NCBI GenBank assembly: GCA_053919585.1
Contig: CM132812.1
Direction: 5' to 3' (one strand)
DNA length: 64,000 bases
Source: Euprymna scolopes
Taxonomy: Eukaryota
Every line of letters starts with the position of its first letter. The stretch's first letter is position 1. The notes beneath the pieces are model-generated. The model was not told the origin of the DNA. It did no database searches and saw nothing but the letters and a program-made list of their open reading frames with translations. Positions 60,638 through 64,000 of this stretch are shown here, piece by piece. The position numbers and the translations under genes are program-made.

Positions 60638-61176
60638 TGTAGTTATCGACATACAGTCCTGTTTCGTTGTATCACAACTCATCAGCATCTTTCCCAAGCC
60701 AAGGATTGAACCTAGAACCGTCGTATTGACAGTCGGCAGTTCTTCCACTCAACCATGGAATTGACGCCCGTAAATAACTCGTCAGAATGTCTATTTAAAT
60801 AGACACCTGCCACCACCTTTATAGTGCTCAAATCGTCTGTTCGTAAACAAACAAACTATGAGCTTCGCATTTTCAGCCAATTAAGTAGTGGGTGAGATTA
60901 TTTACGACAGTGCTCTACCCAAAGAGGGGGGGGGCTTAAAATATATGTGTAGTCATCGACATATAGTCCTGTTTCGTTGTATCACAACTCATCAGTGCCG
61001 CTAGACTAGCATCTTTCCCAAGCCAAGGATTGAACCTAGAACCGTCGTATTGACAGTCGGCAGTTCTTCCACTCGACCATGGAGTGACGCCTATAAATAA
61101 CTCGTCGGAATGTCTATTTAAATAGACACCCGCCACCACCTTTATAGTGCTCAAATCGTCTGTTCATAAACAAACA
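60638..61176 (-). mobile_element. Two tandem tRNA-headed hammerhead SINE copies
   Basis: A-box tggtcgagtgg, B-box ggttcaatcc; hammerhead at 60950-61008; the first copy lacks the stem I 5' strand. Confidence 0.85.
60950..61008 (-). ncRNA. Type I hammerhead ribozyme motif
   Basis: uaguc-uag-cggca-CUGAUGA-guugu-gau-acaac-GAAA-caggacua-UA-ugucg-au-gacua. Confidence 0.85.
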
Positions 61177-61329
61177 NNNNNNNNNNNNNNNNNNNNNNNN
61201 NNNNNNNNNNNNNNNNNNNNNNNNNNNNNNNNNNNNNNNNNNNNNNNNNNNNNNNNNNNNNNNNNNNNNNNNNNNNNNNNNNNNNNNNNNNNNNNNNNNN
61301 NNNNNNNNNNNNNNNNNNNNTGAAGGTCT

Positions 61330-62554
61330 GAGGCCACTTAAGGATAAGGATTAAAAGGATTGGAAACAATAGTTTAAATAGACAGAGGATCGCTTCAAAT
61401 ATTTTGATTTTCTGATGCTGGTAGAAGTTTGCATTAGATGTCAGGAACTTTTTGGAGTAATAGAATGATCCGACCATTTTTCAAGCAACCTTAATACAAG
61501 TTTTATATTTTAGGCCTTAGGTAGAAGTTAATTCTAGAAGCTTATCACAGAAAGACACTTCCTCGAGGAAAGAGCCGTTCATTTTGATTGAGGATAGGTG
61601 AGGATCTGAACATTGGTGGTGAAAAGAAAGAATTTTGTTTTTAGAGGCGTTAACATTAACAAGCAATTTCTTGCCTCATTTTTATCACTAAGTTTTTCAG
61701 ACTATTTGCATATCTAAAATATAGAAAATATTTACATGTCTAAAATATAGAGAATCGCATTTTTTTTTATTTTAGTGAATTAGCATAGGTTGCAGAACTT
61801 TAATAAAACTGCATTTTCTTTTACAACAGAAAGTTACAATTGCGAATTGGCAAAAAAATAAGAAACAATATAAAAAACGGTGTTAATTTCTTCAAGTTTT
61901 TCAGAGTCTTCACACGCAATCACCTAAAAAAAAGTAGAATCTTATTCTATTGCATCTCATGCTCCATGTCGGAGGAGAGAATTAATGCTCTTTGGAGTAC
62001 TGTCATGGATAATTGGGCGTCTGCATAAATGAATAATCTCAAAATATGATTTGGAAGAACATCTATAAAGATTAGTAAAGAGATTAGTCTTGAGGCACTC
62101 CAGCATTGATGATGTGTGCTTCAGACTTATAGACCTATCAAAAAGAAAGGATTTCATGGTTGAGAGGATATTTCTAAATATTCCATAGCTAAAAAGTTTG
62201 TGAAACAAACCTTTATGCAAAACTCTATTGAAGACCTTTGATATACCAAAAGCTATTGCCCTAGTAACGAAATTCCTATTAATAGATTCACTGATCCTCA
62301 GTGATATCACAGTCAGCACATCAGCTGTAGATCTTGCTGGACCAAATCCATATTGCTTGTTAGTGAGAAGATTGCTTTTGCTGAGGTAGTTGCTAACTTT
62401 GTAATTCATTACTGATTCAAGCAACTTACTCATTATGCAAAGGAGACTGTACTAGATTGCAGAGGACCAAGCTCTGGAATTTTTAAATACTGACAGATTA
62501 ACAAATCTTCCAAGGTGATGAAAGGCAGTTCTATTTAAGCAATAATTGATCAGC
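61330..62554 (-). mobile_element. Degenerate CR1-group LINE RT fragment
   Basis: KQYGF..ARSTADVLTVIS and ISK.F.RV.HKGL motifs. Confidence 0.8.
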
Positions 62555-62992
62555 TTCGTAAGTATAAGAGTTATTTCCAGTTGCAATTTCGTAAGTATAA
62601 GAGTTATTTCCGGTTGCAATTTCGTAAGTATAAGAGTTATTTCCAGTTGCAATTTCGTAAGTATAAGAGTTATTTCCAGTTGCAATTTCGCAAGTATAAG
62701 AGTTATTTCCGGTTGCAATTTCGTAAGTATAAGAGTTATTTCTGGTTGCAATTTCGTAAGTATAAGGGTTATTTCCGGTTGCAATTTCGTAAGTATAAGA
62801 GTTATTTCCGGTTGCAATTTCGTAAGTATAAGAGTTATTTTCGGTTGCAATTTCGTAAGTATAAGAGTTATTTCCGGTTGCAATTTCGTAAGTATAAGAG
62901 TTATTTCCGGTTGCAATTTCGTAAGTATAAGAGTTATTTTCGGTTGCAATTTCGTAAGTATAAGAGTTATTTCCGGTTGCAATTTCGTAAGT
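62555..62992. repeat. 33-bp minisatellite, ~13 copies
   Basis: unit tttcgtaagtataagagttatttccggttgcaa. Confidence 0.95.
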
Positions 62993-63011
62993 GCTATAAA
63001 TATATGATCAG

Positions 63012-63474
63012 TAGTGTTGGGACGATTTATCAGAATCGAAATCAGAAATTGGAAAAATCAGAACTTTTTGAGATATCGGATTCGTTATTGGAATCTGAAA
63101 AATTTATGTCTATTTTCCAATGCCAAAAACGATTTCTTTAATTATCTTTTTTTATTTGATTTTACTTAAAAACATCTTCCACTGTTTGTAGTAATAATAA
63201 AATAATAAATATTTATTGATGTTAAATTACCAGTAAAACTAAAATCTATAGATCACCTCTTCTTACGAGTTTGCTTTTACGTTTCAGAAAATATCTGCAC
63301 ATTTAACATGTGTTTTTATGGTAATCGGGAAAAAATACCAATTCTAAAGTTAAATTTTAGAGATTTATAAAGACTCAAAATCGGAATCTGTAATTATAAC
63401 AGAATCAGGGATTTAGTATGGAATCAGTAATTGTATTGGAATCGAGAAAAAATATTAGAATCTTCCCATCACCA
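63012..63474. mobile_element. hAT-type MITE; related fragment near 7500-7720
   Basis: tagtgttggga / tcccatcacca TIRs; 8-bp TSD atga(t/c)cag. Confidence 0.8.
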
Positions 63475-64000
63475 ATGACCAGTCACCTTGTTAGAATTGA
63501 GGTTCTTGGTGAGTTTTGCGACTTTTGGGAAAGTTATTTCGATATTACTTTCAGTTATATTAGGGAATTCTTGGTGTAAGTGGCCCTGACCACAAATTTA
63601 GTGAAATTTACTGTAAAATTCTTAGCAAAACTTTTAACTTTATCAGATGCTGACGAGATTATCTCTGTGCTGTTTCTTATTTTATTTTTCTAAGACACAC
63701 ACACACATTAAAATTTATAAATTCATTGGCGCGGGAATTATAGCATCCACTCACACCAAACCTCTTGAGTCAAAAAGCAGAACGCTTGAGAAATGGCCGA
63801 TGTAGCTGACAATGTTTTTTTACCAAAAATATGCATTTTTGACTAATCAGGGCTCGATTTAAAAAACCTTATTTTTGCAAGCCTCTAAAAGAAATATAAA
63901 AGGTACAGAGAACTTCTCTCGTCAGAGAGAGAGCGAGGGATACCCAACACCAACAGAAACGATCGCCGAGTGAAATTCAGTAGCTAAAATGACAGCTTTT

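Noticed and set aside
61030-61083. tRNA gene
   Set aside because: A and B boxes are present but there is no proper acceptor stem; it is the SINE head.
62546-63141. Repeat-protein ORFs in several frames
   Set aside because: Artefact of a 33-bp stop-free minisatellite.

Overview
AT-rich, repeat-dense animal (invertebrate) genomic DNA with five assembly gaps. The only host gene is DRC1/CCDC164 (nexin-dynein regulatory complex subunit 1) on the + strand. I traced 14 GT-AG, phase-compatible coding exons (4152..53879, 633 aa plus stop); the N-terminal exons lie upstream of the window. Introns and the 3' flank contain many CR1-group LINE fragments (one with a long intact RT ORF), HERO-like, RTE, Gypsy, Copia and hAT remnants, non-autonomous Helitrons, MITEs with 8-9 bp TSDs, 5S- and tRNA-derived SINEs, and minisatellites. 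The most notable content is a set of small RNA-structure-bearing mobile elements. (1) A GC-rich, extensively base-paired ~383-nt unit present as a tandem dimer inserted at ATACCCCATT in a Copia LTR; it pairs internally with that target sequence and has no ribozyme core I can recognise. (2) A tRNA-headed SINE ending in a type I hammerhead ribozyme, with covarying stems and mostly abutting (TA)n. (3) Penelope-like inverted-repeat elements with minimal hammerheads. (4) A TSD-flanked bipartite RTE element starting with an HDV-like fold. All family assignments come from motif recognition by eye, not from database searches.
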